Part shown: positions 30,015-49,764 of the stretch, piece after piece
Position numbering within the stretch: position 1 is the first letter of the stretch
Layout: each line of letters begins with the position of its first letter
NCBI RefSeq assembly: GCF_009914755.1
Contig: NC_060926.1
Direction: 5' to 3' (one strand)
DNA length: 64,000 bases
Source of the DNA: the human T2T-CHM13v2.0 reference genome, Homo sapiens
Position numbers and translations under genes: made by a program
The notes under the pieces: model-generated
Told to the model about the DNA's origin: nothing
The model's database searches: none
Seen by the model: only the letters and a program-made list of their open reading frames with translations

Positions 30015-30300
30015 AGAGTCACAAGCTCAAATGCTCACAGGAAAAGTGAGTGACACAGGCAGCAGTGGACTTGGTCTAATGCAGTCAGTGTCAGCTGAGT
30101 TGCTGCCATGAGGAAATATAAGTCCAGTTTTGCCAGATCATCTGCTTTTTCAAGAGAAGCCAGGAACCCTGGTTTTTATGTGAAATCTATTTTGAAATGC
30201 TGGCAGGAAATTAAAGGAAAAAAAGAACCAAACACCATGAAAGCCAAATAAAACAGTGGTAGGCTAGTTTGTCCTACTGGCCACCAGTTTGTAACCTCTC
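30015..30300. mobile_element. hAT-Charlie MITE (MER102-like)
   Basis: Ends agagtcacaagctcaaatgc and ggccaccagtttgtaacctct form degenerate TIRs; internal tttcaagagaagccaggaa. Confidence 0.55.
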
Positions 30301-30938
30301 CTCTAGAAGCCCAGAACTGACTCAAGTCATGCATGGTAGCCATAGAAGTGAACTTTACAGATATACTGGCACAATCCATATCAAAAATGCAATAAAACCC
30401 TAAAACTGAACAGATTCACTTACGTTCATTCAACAGCCATCAAACATCCAAGGAGGCCCTACTATGTGCCCTGCCTAATTTAATCCCCAAATAACAAATC
30501 AATCCATGCTGTTACTTTATCAATATAATCTCTGCCCTCATTCAGGTCTGGATTATCTTCTACCTGATCTAGTGAGGTAGTTCCCAAAGACTTTTAGGTC
30601 TAAGATGACTTGGTAAAGATATCTGGGACCTTCTCTCCTCTCAGAAATCACACAAAAACACAAAAAGAAAAGGAAAACAGAAACACAGACTCCATCTTGC
30701 CCTAAGCCATACTTTCTGACAAAGGCTGCCAGATGCAGTAAAATTAAAACAGGAGTGCCTGGAGATGTTGAGAAATGCACACCTTAAACAAAACTGTAGA
30801 GGACTATTTTACAAAGTGAATGGATACCCTCTGAAACAAAACTCCTTTGATTCAATAGACTGACGGCAGGAGACACATGTCTTTTTAGTAATATTAAGAT
30901 GGACCAGACAGTTCTAATCCTATCTGCCTGATCCATCC

Positions 30939-31270
30939 TGATATGGTCTGAATATTTGTGTTCCCCAAAAATTCACATGTTGAAATTCTAACCTCCAAGG
31001 AGTTAGGTGGTGGAGGCCCTTGGGAAATAATTAAGTCATGGGGGTAGAGCTCTCACGAATGCGATTAGTGCCCTTATAAAAGAGGCCCCAGTGAGCTGCC
31101 TCACTTCTACCATGTGAGGACACAGCTAAAAGGTGCTATCTATGAACCAGAAAGTAGGCCTTCACCAGACACTGAATCTGCCACCATATTGATCTTGGAC
31201 TTTCCAGCCTCCAAACTGTGGGAAATAAATTTGTGGTATTTTGTTATAGCAGCCCGAAGGGACTAAGATA
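30939..31270 (+). mobile_element. MaLR solo LTR (MLT1A/MST family)
   Basis: tgatatggtctgaatatttgtgttcccc...ttgttatagcagcccgaagggactaagata. Confidence 0.88.
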
Positions 31271-31549
31271 TCCCTTATAAAGTGCCCTCATTAGCGATCA
31301 ATGATGATCATTACATTTTCCATTAGGTGCAGCAAAATCACAATATTCTATAGGCCTTCTGCATTAATCATTTACATCCTCAGAAAAACTTTATTTTTTT
31401 AAAGTTTTTCCTCATCTGCTATTTGGTTACCCTGTTCATCAGTTAGTAAAGAATTATTTCCATATATTGATCATTTTCAGAATAATTAGTTCATGCCATA
31501 CCAACCTCCAAAGGTGACTGCATGATTGTTTTAAAATCACTTTTAAATT

Positions 31550-33985
<2,436 letters not shown>

Positions 33986-33987
33986 TA

Positions 33988-34270
33988 CAATGGTCCTCCC
34001 TCATTAGCAGTTTTGCTTTCTGTGGTTTCAGTTACCTGTGGTATAGTACACTAACGTATTTTGAGAGCAATCACATTCACTTAACTTTTATTATGGTCTA
34101 TTGTTATAATTGTTATCTCTTATGATATCTAATTTATAAATTAAACTTTATCACAGGTATGTATGTATAGGAAAAAACAGAATCCATAGGGTTTAGTACT
34201 AACCATGGTTTCAGGCATCCACTGGGGGTCTTGGAATGCATCCTCCTCAAATTTGAGGAGGGGAGTACTG
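33988..34270 (+). mobile_element. MER44A-like TcMar-Tigger MITE
   Basis: TA-flanked; gttttgctttctgtggtttcagttacc...ggtttcaggcatccactgggggtcttggaa...gtactg. Confidence 0.8.
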
Positions 34271-34720
34271 TAATTGATTTTTATAGGTTGAAAAATACAT
34301 ACTCTGTTTTAGAATTCTGTAAGTTATACAGAACAACACTTAAAAGAGTTATTGTAAATATAGAGCAAAATAACTGGCATGAAAGCCTACTTCCTACTTA
34401 AGACAGAAGAGTGTCCCCTAGATTTCTGTGTGACAGTATGAATGGTTCAAGGATATCTGTTTCAGGTATTGCTTTGTATGTTTTACTATTTCATCCATAT
34501 TTTCTGTTCCCATCCACTATAAATAAAGCTAACAAGGAGGAAACTGAAGTAGACAAAGAATTGAGAAAGAGGTTGTGACTAACAAACTACATTATCAACT
34601 CCTAATTCACTGACAATAAATGCTAATATGAATCATTGATAGCAATCTTAATGTGAGTAATACATTAGTAGTATTGGCAATAAAACATGTCCCTTTTTGG
34701 AAGGATAGATGGAAAACACA

Positions 34721-34758
34721 TTAGGTTGGTGCAAAAGTAACCGCAGTTATTGCCATTA
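34721..34758 (+). mobile_element. Solo Hsmar1 TIR / half MADE1
   Basis: ttaggttggtgcaaaagtaaccgcagttattgccatta matches one MADE1 arm (TTAGGTTGGTGCAAAAGTAATTGCGGTTTTTGCCATTA). Confidence 0.82.
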
Positions 34759-34832
34759 ATAAGTAAAAAGGAGAGTAAAGACAGAAAAGGGTAAGCAGTA
34801 GTACAGCTAAAAATGGAGAAATGATAACAGCT

Positions 34833-35181
34833 GTAATGAACCACAAAATGATGCTGTGGTCAACAATGGACCACATATGTAATGATAGTCCCATACGATT
34901 ATAATATTGTATTTTTACTGTACTTTTTCTATGTTTAGACATACAAATAATTAACACTGTGTTACAAATGCCTACATACTCAGCATGGTAGCATACTCAG
35001 TATGATAGCATGCTGTACAGTTTGTAGCCTAGGAATAATAAGCTATATCATACAACCTAGGTGTGGAGTAGGCTATACATCTAGGTTTGTGCATGTATAC
35101 AATATGATGTTCACACAACAATGAAATTCCCAAACAACAGATTTCTCAGAATTAATTCCTGTCATTAAGTAATGCATGACT
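34833..35181 (+). mobile_element. Tigger3a (MER7A)
   Basis: ggtcaacaatggaccacatat...gtcccatacgattataat...gtcattaagtaatgcatgact; about 350 bp. Confidence 0.8.
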
Positions 35182-35404
35182 TTAATCCCAGCTAAAATCT
35201 ATCCTTCTCACGAGGGAAGCACTTCCTGCTCCTGACCTCCTTCTCCATCAAGCCCTAAATACATGGTTGATAGGAACTTGGAATTCAACTGCAAACTGAC
35301 AACTGTTACCAAAATTTTTCTCTTCTATTCACAGAGTGTATAACTTTTTCTTTCCTTTCTTGCATGAAAAAGCTTTCATGTAGACTCGTTTAAGATACAG
35401 AAGA

Positions 35405-35790
<386 letters not shown>

Positions 35791-36588
35791 CTATGTATAT
35801 AGCTTTTCTTATATAATAGAAATGCTCCCTTGAAAAATATTTGAAAAGTATGAATGGACAGCCTACTATGTGCAATTGCTATGTAATATGGTCATTTACA
35901 CACCACACACCCTATCCTTAATAGGCAGTCAATTTCTTAAGGATGGGATCCACACATGACACTTAATATTTTGTCTTGTGTACGTGGTAGCAGAAAAAAA
36001 TATTTTCTGAGAAAACTAAATGAGATTTGGGTTCTAATTCGCCTTCCATCACTTCTTAGCCATGTGACCATGAAAAGACAGTTAAAACTTTGGGTCACAA
36101 GTCTATCATCTGTAATCCAGGAAAACTGTGCTGGGATTTCTGGGCCTATGATTAAAGGGAGGGCCAGCCATGTCCTAGAGTTTCTGGTGACCCTCTTCCA
36201 AAGTAGCAAGACACTTCACCTATGAGCAGACAAAAGAAGAGACAGGGTTTAAACTAGCCCATATAGTACATATGAGTGAATTAGAAAAAAGGTCCCTCTT
36301 CCTCTAGGTCAATGAAGCTCCATGCCAAGGCACGCGGCACAGTGAATAGAGCACAGCTAGGTTTCAGCAGTACACAGCTCTCAGTGTAGCACCCTTGTGG
36401 CAACCTCATAATTATCAGAGGGCCTGGAGATGCTGGTGCCAACAGAGGCACAGAGTAGCCATGGCATGGCAGCACTACTGGGCAGATCTAACAGGATCTT
36501 TTTCCTACCCTCCTTTGAAACCCACTGCATGCTATGAACCAGATTACCCTGGGGGAAGCAAGCTAAATATACACCAGATAAAAATATA

Positions 36589-37002
<414 letters not shown>

Positions 37003-37449
37003 TCAGGCCTCCCCTAGTCACTGAACATAATAAAGAGAGATGAGTGATATTTTTAAACAAAAACTGCCTAGTAAATTCTCGGGTTCCACAAATTACTTTC
37101 TGTTAACTTAGATTGTTAACTAAACTGGTTGGTTTAATCTCTGAAATATTTTTAATATAAATAATATGTTAAAGACTATCACTTTTCCCCATCTTTGCTG
37201 AGCCACCACCATCTTTTGGTAGAACTATTACAATAGCTTCCTGACTGGTCTTCTTCCTTCCCTCTTGCTATCTTACAATCAAGTCTCCACTTTTACCTAC
37301 ATCAATCACATCCCATGACTCCCCTGCTATAAATTTCTTTCATGCAGAGCTTTTCAACACAGTAGAAGTCATTATTTCAAACCTCAGGTCTGTTCCAACT
37401 ATATCCATGGAAGCTCTGGTTCATCCAGCCACTTTCAGACTCAGATGAG

Positions 37450-37810
37450 ATGCCACATCACTGGACATGCGATCTGGCTTCCCTAGCAGCTGCCCAAGGG
37501 TTGTGCCAACACCTGCCCAAATTGTGGTAATGCCCCAAGGATGAACTTTGACCAGTAAAAGACAAACATATTGGGCTGTTCCAAAAGGTGGTAGTTTCAC
37601 ATGGTCTGGCTAGAAGATGCACCATGTACAAGACAACCAGCTCAGATTTTCTGCAAGGTTAAGGTTCCCTTGGTAATATCATTCATCTTTCCTTGCCTCA
37701 CTTCCCTTTTTCTTTCATTCCTGCTGGTCTTGGTTAGTACCATTCAATAAAATGTTAGGACCCGGGCTTTACTTCCAGCTCTGTTTAATAAGAAAATAGG
37801 GCCAAAACCC
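37450..37810 (+). mobile_element. Old ERVL LTR (LTR16-like)
   Basis: aataaaatgttag...gctctgtt...gggccaaaac resembles the LTR16 3' end; highly diverged. Confidence 0.4.
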
Positions 37811-37879
37811 TAGAAGGTAGGTAAAATGTACCTTCTTTGTATTCTTAAAATACCCAAACATCTCCTCTACAATAGCACA

Positions 37880-38080
37880 CATTCTGGAGTTGGACAGGTA
37901 ATAGTTTTGTGTCCTTAGGCAGAGTTATTTCATCTCTCTGAGCCTTGTTTTCTTCATCTGTAAAATGAGGATTATAACAGAACATACCTGGATAACAGAA
38001 GCTACTAAGATAATCAATGCAATGTAAATTATGCCAGGTACATGAGAAATACTCAATAAGACAGCCATTATTATGATTAT
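37880..38080 (+). mobile_element. MIR SINE
   Basis: tgtgtccttaggcagagttatttcatctctctgagccttgttttcttcatctgtaaaatgagg. Confidence 0.8.
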
Positions 38081-40309
38081 GTGTTATCTATCCTTGTATT
38101 TCTAGTGCTTAACATAACATCTACAATACAGTAAGCAGATATGTCTAATGCCGAAAATATTTACATACTACATTTCCCTATATTTTAAGAATGCCTACTA
38201 GGTAGCAAAGTTTGAGAGATCTGTATGGTTTCAATACGAAAGACTAAGGAGTCTGTAAAAACAAATTAAATATATACATGAATGCTTTCTGAAAAATGTT
38301 TCTTTACTGCAAGTTAAAATTAAGTTCATTTTACATGTGTGTTTTCCCTAACTTATCAGGAAAAACAATCAAGTCAAAAGTACAGATGTAGCCAGCTTTA
38401 GGCACAGTTATATTCCCAAGAGGATGTGTACAAATCAAAGTTCTGCAAATCAAACCGTATTTCGTATGCATTAAGGAAAAATCACACTTAAAATCACTTC
38501 AACAGAGAATGCTTTTGTAAATTGTTTTTGTAAGTGAATACTTCTTCACATCCATTAAATAGGTTGACTCATAAATTTTATCTTAGATTTTTATACAGAA
38601 GAAAATATAACCATTGATAATATTAAGTAACAGTGTTGATCATTATAGCTATGATATTTATTTCCTCTAGTAAAGCAAACTAAATAGAAATGTTTCCTTC
38701 ATAAAGTGTTAAAAAGGAAGATCCCAAGAAATAAAATTATTAGTATTATGAAATTAGAAAGAAAATAAAAACATTTATATATATTTATGCAGCCTTTTGT
38801 GGATATGTATGCATACATGTACTATGCACATGTAAAGCCCACACATAAAAAAAGAGAAAGAAAATGAATCAGAATGCTCATATCTGTACGGTAATTTAAC
38901 AGGTGACTTTTACTGTTCTTATTATGCTTTTCTTTATTTTCAAAATTTCTGCAGTGCACATGTATTACTGTTTAGGGTCTCAAAAAATAGTCTTTTCAAA
39001 AAAAAAATGAATCACTCATTTCTGATAGTTTGAATTTTACTAAAAAGTTGGACGAATCACCAGGCTTCACTCTCAGAAAGTCCTTTCACGGAAAATATTT
39101 CTTGGTTCATCTGGAACTAATGGCTTCAAGAAAGCAATATTGATATTTCTGACAATCACTTTTATGATCTCCAGTATTCCTGATGGTCAAGCCACATTCC
39201 TACCTCTCTGACTCTACTGACAGTATAAAGGCATTGCTCTACTTCCTGTAAGTATAAAAGGTAAACTCTGTGTCCTCAAGAGTAGTTATGCAATGCTCTT
39301 AGACAGAATTCCAGAAGTGTGTATCTCTTACAGGAAGACGCACAATTTTCTAGGCAAGAGTTGGCAACCTCAAAGGATTCCTCTTCACAATGGGAGTCTG
39401 TGCCTTTGGCTTTCACTGCAAAATACTTACTCTCAATTAGAGGCTTATCATACAGGTAAGAAATGGTTTGTGCAGCTTACTAACTGGAAAGCCTGACTTT
39501 CTAGTAAATACTCCACTCTGCAGGTAATGTATTAAGATCTAGCTTCTTTTCTCTTCTCCCTTTGCCAGACTTTTTACTTTAAGCCACATTTCAAGCATCT
39601 ATAATTATTCTCCTTACTCTAGAAGACATGATATAGGAAAACAAACTATAATGTTTCTCCCAGAAATCATAAGAAAACACACGAAAAATTACTTTCTTAA
39701 ATCCAACAATTGTACTGGGTATTGCCCATTATCTTTAAAGTTTTGAATCAAAATGCTTCTGGACAGTGAACATATTACAAAAGAAAATGCGACTCAGTAT
39801 TTAACCTCTTCCATTTCAATGTTTTGCGAGTGTCTCGTTTTTTCAAACTTTTGATAGAGTTTATTTGTAGCACTAACTTAACATACTAACAGCAGAGTCC
39901 ACAGCATCCAAAATACAGACACATTTATACGCTCAGAGTTGTTTTGTTTCCAGATCAACATAATTAATCATTAGGGAAATGCAAATCAAAATCAGAATGA
40001 GATGCCACTTCACACCCATTAAGATGGCTATTATCAAAAAAAAAAAGATAACGAGTATTGGTAAAGATCTAAACAAACTGGAACTTGTGCATGGCTGATG
40101 GGAGTATAAAATGGTGCTGCTGCTGGGGAAGAAGTTTGTTCATTCCTCAAAAAGTTAAACATGGAATTACCATATGATATACCCAAAAGAACTAAAATGA
40201 CTCAGATAATTTATACATTATAATTCATTGCAGCATTATTCATAATAGCCAAAAAGTGGAAACAACCTAAACGTCCATCAACAGATGAATTTGGATAAAG
40301 AAAATGTGG

Positions 40310-41394
<1,085 letters not shown>

Positions 41395-41759
41395 AAAGAA
41401 AATGTGGGATGTGTGTATACTGATAAACCAATATACACACACAGCCCCCCACCCCGCACAGTATGGATCAACCCTTCATATACTACATGAAAGAAGCCAA
41501 TAACATAAGGACAAATATTGTACGATTCCATTTATATGAGGTATTAGACCAGGCAAATCCACAGAGACAGAAAGGAGAATAGAGGTTACTAGGGGTGAGG
41601 GAGATGAGAGATGGGAGTTAGTGTTTAATGAGTACAGAGCTTCTGCTCGGGATGATGAAAATGTTCCAGAAATGCACAGTGCTGATAAATGTTGTTGTGA
41701 ATGCACATAATGCCACTGCATTGTATATACTTAAAAAAACGGTTAAAGTGGTAAATTGA

Positions 41760-42065
41760 AAAGAAATATAACTGGCTATTTAAAGAAAAATAACAACAAT
41801 GTAGTGTAAGTTTACAACACACATAAAAGTAAAATGTGTAACAATAACAGCACATAGATTGGGAGGAGAGAAACAGAAGTGCACTATTATTAAGTTCTTA
41901 TACTTTAAGTGACATGGTGTAATATCACTTGAGAGTAGTCTGTGATCAGTCAAACATACATACTGTAAACCCTAAAGCAATCAATAAAATTAAAAAAAAA
42001 AGAAAGATGGCTAACAAGCCAACAAATGAGTGAAAATGGAACCATGAAATATCAAGAATCAAAAA
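41760..42065 (+). mobile_element. L1M inter-ORF (5' region) fragment
   Basis: aataacaacaatgtagtg...gtaaaccctaaagcaatc...aagccaacaaatgagtgaaaatggaaccat resembles the L1M4/MC/MD region just upstream of ORF2. Confidence 0.65.
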
Positions 42066-42206
42066 TGTAGCTTGATCCAAAGATTTCTAAGAAAATTCAT
42101 GGTAAAGGGCAGGAAATATTTTTTATCACCCAGTGAAAGATTAGTTTATTAAAACCTACTCAGAAGCATAATTAAATCAATGAAAATAAATAGTGACAGC
42201 ACTTAC

Positions 42207-42329
42207 TGCCCAGACCGGTGATGTAAAACCCAGAATTGCAGCCTTAGCTCCATCAGCAACATAAGGAATAATATTTTCTCCCAGGCGCGTATCTCTGAAC
42301 AATGCTCTAAGGATATTTAAAGCATGAAC
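42207..42329 (-). CDS. THADA: THADA internal coding exon (probably exon 25), [41 protein letters not shown]
   Basis: 123 nt (41 codons) with acceptor cttgttttag|GTTCAT and donor GCA|gtaagt, phase 0-0. Not in the ORF track; found by reading the minus strand. Confidence 0.96.
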
Positions 42330-42733
42330 CTAAAACAAGAAGTTCAAAATTAGTTGTGGGTTGAAAACCATGGCTAATTCTAAATCTACACATATCCAAT
42401 AGTACAGCTTCAAAACAAAAAATTTACTGAATTACAAGAAATGGATAATCCGCAAATGAAATAGCAGATTTAATAAAACACATCCAGTAGCTGATAAACC
42501 ATTTTACAAAAAATTAGTAAGATTCAAACAATGCTATAAAAAAGTTTGATCCAATGGACATATGTAGAAGCCTGCACCTAAAATACAGAGACAACACATT
42601 CTTTTCGAGCACACATGAAACATTTATTTTCTAAAATCCCTCATACCTAGCCACAAATAAAGTCTCAACAAATACCAAGTAATTAATAACTTATAGATTA
42701 TGCTCTGATCACCATGGAATTAAGAAACTTTAA

Positions 42734-43050
<317 letters not shown>

Positions 43051-44397
43051 TAAAAAAATGCTTAAAATCGGCACATTTTCAAGCACATTAAACACTGGTC
43101 AAATTTTTTTTTTTAAATATTTTGAAGACGCTACCTACATATCAATACTTGTAGGATGCAGCTTAAGTGAAATTCAAAAAAAAATGTACATCTCAAATGC
43201 TTCTATTTTTTTAAATGACTAGAATGATTGTGGTAAGTGACGAATTAAGTCAAGAGAAAATAAGTCAACAATAAACTTGAAACACAGAAAGAAAATAAAA
43301 ATTTAGAGCAGAAACTTTTAAAATAGCAAAAACACAACTAAGAGCATTAACAAACCCAAAAGCTGATTCTCTGAAACAGAAATAAACCCCTGACATGACT
43401 AACCAAGAAGAGAGAAGAGAAATAAGGCACAAATAAAAAATATTATCAAAGAGTTTGAAGCTACAATGAGCTAAGACTGTACCACTCCACTCAAGCCTGA
43501 GTGACAGAACAAGATCCCGTCTCTAAAATAAAAAAATAATAATAATGTATGGTCTCATTTATGTAAAACTCAAAAAAAAGATAAAACTAAAACTAGAGTA
43601 TTGGAAGTTAGGCTAGTGGTTACTCTTGGAGAGAAGGATGTGGACTGGAAGAGAGCAAGAGGGGGCTTTCAGTTGCTAGAAATGTTCTATTTCTTGATGG
43701 CTGCACAAATGTGTTCACTTTGTGAAACTGTACTGAGGTACACATATGGTTTGTACACTTGTCTGTATATGTACTATAATTCCATCAAAAGATGCATATT
43801 TAAAAAGACAGGACAGGCACAGCACAAAAAGGAAAACCACAGGCCAGTCTCACTCACAAAACCAGTGAGATATGCAAGAATGCAAAGATAAATTGAAAAA
43901 TCAATACAATTCATGACATCTGCATTTTCTAGAAGAAAACATATTTATCTAAAAAGATGCAAAAAATATTCAATAAAATTCAATTTCCTTAATAAGATAC
44001 TGGGTAGATTAAAAATTGCAGCAGATTGATCAGAAACAACATAAGGATGCCTGCTATCTCTCTTTCTATACCAAACTTTACTACAGGTTCCAGCAGCAAA
44101 GTACAATAAAAACTGTTTTGAAAAAACTAAAAAATAGAAAGTTAAAACAAACTTAGCATTATTTGTCAAAGGTATGATTATCCATAAAACAAATCCAAAA
44201 GAATTTACAGGTAAGTCATTTGCTGTGTTACAGCAATTCTGATAGGCTGCTGAATACAAGCACAATTATAACCCAAAAATTAACTGCATTCTTCTCAAAC
44301 AGCAACAGATAATATAATCTTTTAAAAGTACCATTCATAATTGCAAAAAAAAAGACATTAGAAATAAATCTCAAAAATAATCTATAAGACGTTTATG

Positions 44398-44738
<341 letters not shown>

Positions 44739-45037
44739 TTAAAAAATAATAAATGACATTAAATGATCTGAATAAATGGAGAAATAAGCCATGCTCATGG
44801 AAGATTCAATACTTAAAAAGATAATTTTTCCCAAATAAATCAATACATTTAAATTCTAACCAAAATTCCAAAAGGGCTTTTTATTGAGTTTAACAAGCTA
44901 ATTCTAAAATTTTTATGGAACAGCAATAGGACAAACATACCCAAGGTCATTCTGAAGGGAAAACAAAAAAAGAGAGATTCACCTTGCCAGATATTCTAAC
45001 TTTTTATAAAGACATAATAATTAAACTAGTGGTTTTA

Positions 45038-45367
<330 letters not shown>

Positions 45368-45678
45368 TTAATAGACAGCACAGAAACAGAACCACCTATC
45401 TATGAAAACACATAACAGACGCAGTATAAATCAAGAAGAAAAGGATGTGTTATAACAGAAATGTCTCTGTATTAGTTATCCAAATGGCAAACATTAAATT
45501 ATTTTATTTTACACTAAACAAAGACAAATTACAGGTAATATAAAGACTTGCACGCACTCCAGCCTGGGTGACAGAGCAAGATCCTATCAGTAAAAAATAA
45601 TAATATGGTTTCATTTACATAAAATTATGACAAGTAAAACTTGAAAACTTTTAAAAGAAAATATAAAATATCTTTCTC

Positions 45679-46091
<413 letters not shown>

Positions 46092-47280
46092 CTATTTTAT
46101 TAAAATTAAAAATATCTACATAATAATAGAGACCACAAAGTAAAAAGAGAAAACATAGTTTGGGAGAATATATATGTAATTCAAATAATCAAAAAGAAAT
46201 CAATATCAAGAAAATATTTTTGAAACAACAATAAAAATCCAACTCCTACAAAACAAAAATGAAGGGACAAATAACCAATATTAAAGTAAGCAAAGTCTTT
46301 CAACAGACAACTTTCATATATAAACCAAAAGGCTAATAAACATATGAAAAGATGTTAAAGCTAACTAGTAATAAGAAAGATGCAAAATAAAACTAGAAAA
46401 CACCATTTCACACTAAGCAGAAAGTCAAAAACTGTAAAAGTCTGATAATACAAAGGTGTTGATAAGCAATGGAAACTCTTATACTCTGCTGGCAGGAATA
46501 TAAATTAGTTCAACCACTTTGGAGACAACATAACAGCATCAGATTGAATATGTGTGTACCCTACAACCCTGCAATTCTACTTCTAGGTATATAACCTGGA
46601 GAAACACTCACGTGTGTAAGGAGACACACAAGAATGTTTGTTTCAGCATTGTTTGTAATAGAAGAAAACGGGAAACAACCTAAATGTCCATTCACAGAAG
46701 GGATGAAATGAAATAGAATAAAATACTGTTCAGAAATGAAAGTGAACAGGGGCTGAACAGGAGCTTACTAATCTTAAAATATAATGTTGATTGACAAAAG
46801 CAAAGTATAAAAAGTGTCGAAAACAACATTCATGTAAAAGGAGATAAAAGTATGATGAAAATGCTTGGGAATGATAGTCACTAATTTGGGTTAGTGATTA
46901 TAACTGAGGAGGAATAAACGGGAATGAGATGTGGAAGAATCCACAGCATAACTAACGGTCTCTGTAATGTTTAATTTTTTAAACTGGAACTGGTTTCAAA
47001 TATGTTCATTATTCACTATACATTTCTGTATACTGAAATATTTCAAAGATACATAATAAAAATAATAAAGAAATGAACCCTGGGAGGGGAGAAGGAAAGC
47101 AAATTATCAACTAAAAAAGCTTAGAAGACTGGTCAGAGACAAAATTTTTAAATCTCACCAATTTCATAAAAATGATCACTAAAATGCCATTAATCACCTT
47201 GAAGTAGAGTAGGGCAATAATTATCCAGCACTCGTTAAAACCAAGCCCCATTATTTTTAGATGTTCTTATAAAAATAGCA

Positions 47281-47514
47281 CAGGTAGAGCATCCCAAATC
47301 CAAAAATCTGAAATCAAAAAAGCTCCAAAATCTGAAACTTTTTAAAGCACGGACATGACATTCTAAGGAAATGCTAATTGGAGCATTTTAGATTTTCAGA
47401 TTAGAGATGCTGACCTGTTCAGTATAATGCAAATATGCCAAAATAATAAAAAAAAAAACTGAACTCTGAAACACTTCTGGTCCCCAGCATTTCAGATAAA
47501 AGATACTCAACATG
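47281..47514 (+). mobile_element. Tigger4a / MER46A (Zombi) MITE
   Basis: TIRs caggtagagcatcccaaatcc and cagataaaagatactcaacatg; internal aaatctgaaatc repeats. Confidence 0.82.
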
Positions 47515-47973
47515 TACTTTTTAAAAGTGATAGTCTAGGAAAATAGAACCAATTACATTTTTTTCACATTTCACTGAAAAATGTCTTGAAGTGATCATTT
47601 TTGAATGGTGATTAACAACATTTCAGTCAATTTTTTAAAGAAATAAAGACATTTCATATCTATGGGTACTGGCCACTATGTGCCATATGACTATGTTCCA
47701 TATGACTGTGGAAAAGAATGGGGATTCTTTCCCACAGTCCACATTCTGGCCCATGGGCTCCCTTTATCTAACACTTTGCCAATATCCAATAAACATAAAA
47801 TCCCCTTTCTTTTCCACAGTCCTCATTCTGGCCTGTGGGCTCTCTTTAACACCTCCCACAGGTTCTGAAATAAAATCATATGTACTTATCGTACTTGATT
47901 GTAAACTTCAGCTCTCAATCTGTTCCCTGACCTAGCATGGCCCTTTACAGTTGGGTAGGAGTGTCCTACTATA

Positions 47974-48301
<328 letters not shown>

Positions 48302-48792
48302 TTAACTGAGGAAGTCCAGACTATAACGTACAAGCAGTACTTGATAGTTATTAATATTTACTCCCTAGTGGTGAAGTGGAGCTATGAGGAGTGCTTTAAC
48401 TTCATATATGTAGGTAGTGACTAAAAGGAACTAAATGCTAGTAAAATATGAACACCCCAAAAGGTAGATACCATATTTAAAGGAAATTTTCAACTGCTGA
48501 GTTACAAAATGTACATCAACGCAAAGAAGCACACATGAAATTCTAAAGTGCTAGCATATGCACTTTCAAATTCATAGATGCAATAGTATTATAAAATATC
48601 TTATATAAGCTGGATGTTTTCACCAGAGTTTAAAAATTGTTTGCTTTGATTAATATATTCAACTAAAGCAACGGTTTATTTTGTGGATGGTAAAGACAAA
48701 AAAAAAAGAAGGAGAGAAAAACTATTCAAACAAGCTTCAAATGTCTGTCCAATGTTCAAGAGTTCTTTATCTCCAGCAGAAACTTTTTGTTA

Positions 48793-48993
<201 letters not shown>

Positions 48994-48997
48994 TTAC

Positions 48998-49111
48998 CTG
49001 GGGGACTGTACTCTGTATGTCATCTGTAGGCCCAGCCAAAGAGATTAACTCTTTCATTGTTATTTTCAACAAATCCATTCTGCCTTTCTTTGGTTCAGAT
49101 GCCAACAGTGC
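48998..49111 (-). CDS. THADA: THADA internal coding exon (probably exon 24), [38 protein letters not shown]
   Basis: 114 nt (38 codons) with acceptor ctttttccatag|GCACTG and donor CAG|gtaatc, phase 0-0. Overlaps ORF 48767..49105. Confidence 0.97.
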
Positions 49112-49764
49112 CTATGGAAAAAGAATGCAAAAATTAACAGGGTTCTTAGTTTACATATACTTGTTTGCTGCTTCCCTGGATCAATCCCAAAATGTAAAAT
49201 CCCCTTAATAAAAACATGTGGTTATCAAAGAAAGTTAATTAAGCCATGTGGCCGTGGGCAAGTGGTTTAACCTCACAGTTGAACCTACAGATTCTTCATC
49301 GCTAAATTTAGGTGAAGGTGAAATCATGTCATCTCTAAGGTCACTTCCACTTTGCTCATTAAATTTTATAATTCTAAAAGGCCAAAAAATGGCTCTTATT
49401 GACAACTCCTTAAGAATCCTAAGTAGGTGGCAGCTCTGATAAAATAAACAAATCAGTTTCAGTAACAAATTTATCTAACAAGAAAATTCTCTTTACTTAA
49501 AAAGCAAAAAATCTCTGGATTAAAATTCTTGTAAGAATGTTAAGCCTCCCTGGAGATGAAGCAGTTAGTTAATTCTTCACAAAAGAATCATTACTTGGAG
49601 GACTAATCAAATCAAAGCATTTGAAACTCCATGGAACAAAAAGAAATACTGCAAACACCAAAGAGGTCCTATATTTGAAATTTTCAGTAGCTTCTTACTT
49701 ACTTTGTATCTAACACTTTGCCGATGTCCAATAAACATAAAAATAGGGTATTAAGCCACTTGAG

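Noticed and set aside
47662-47710. HYVPYDYVPYD resembling an HA epitope tag (engineered insert)
   Set aside because: It is a natural 15-bp tandem repeat and does not encode YPYDVPDYA; there is no vector context.
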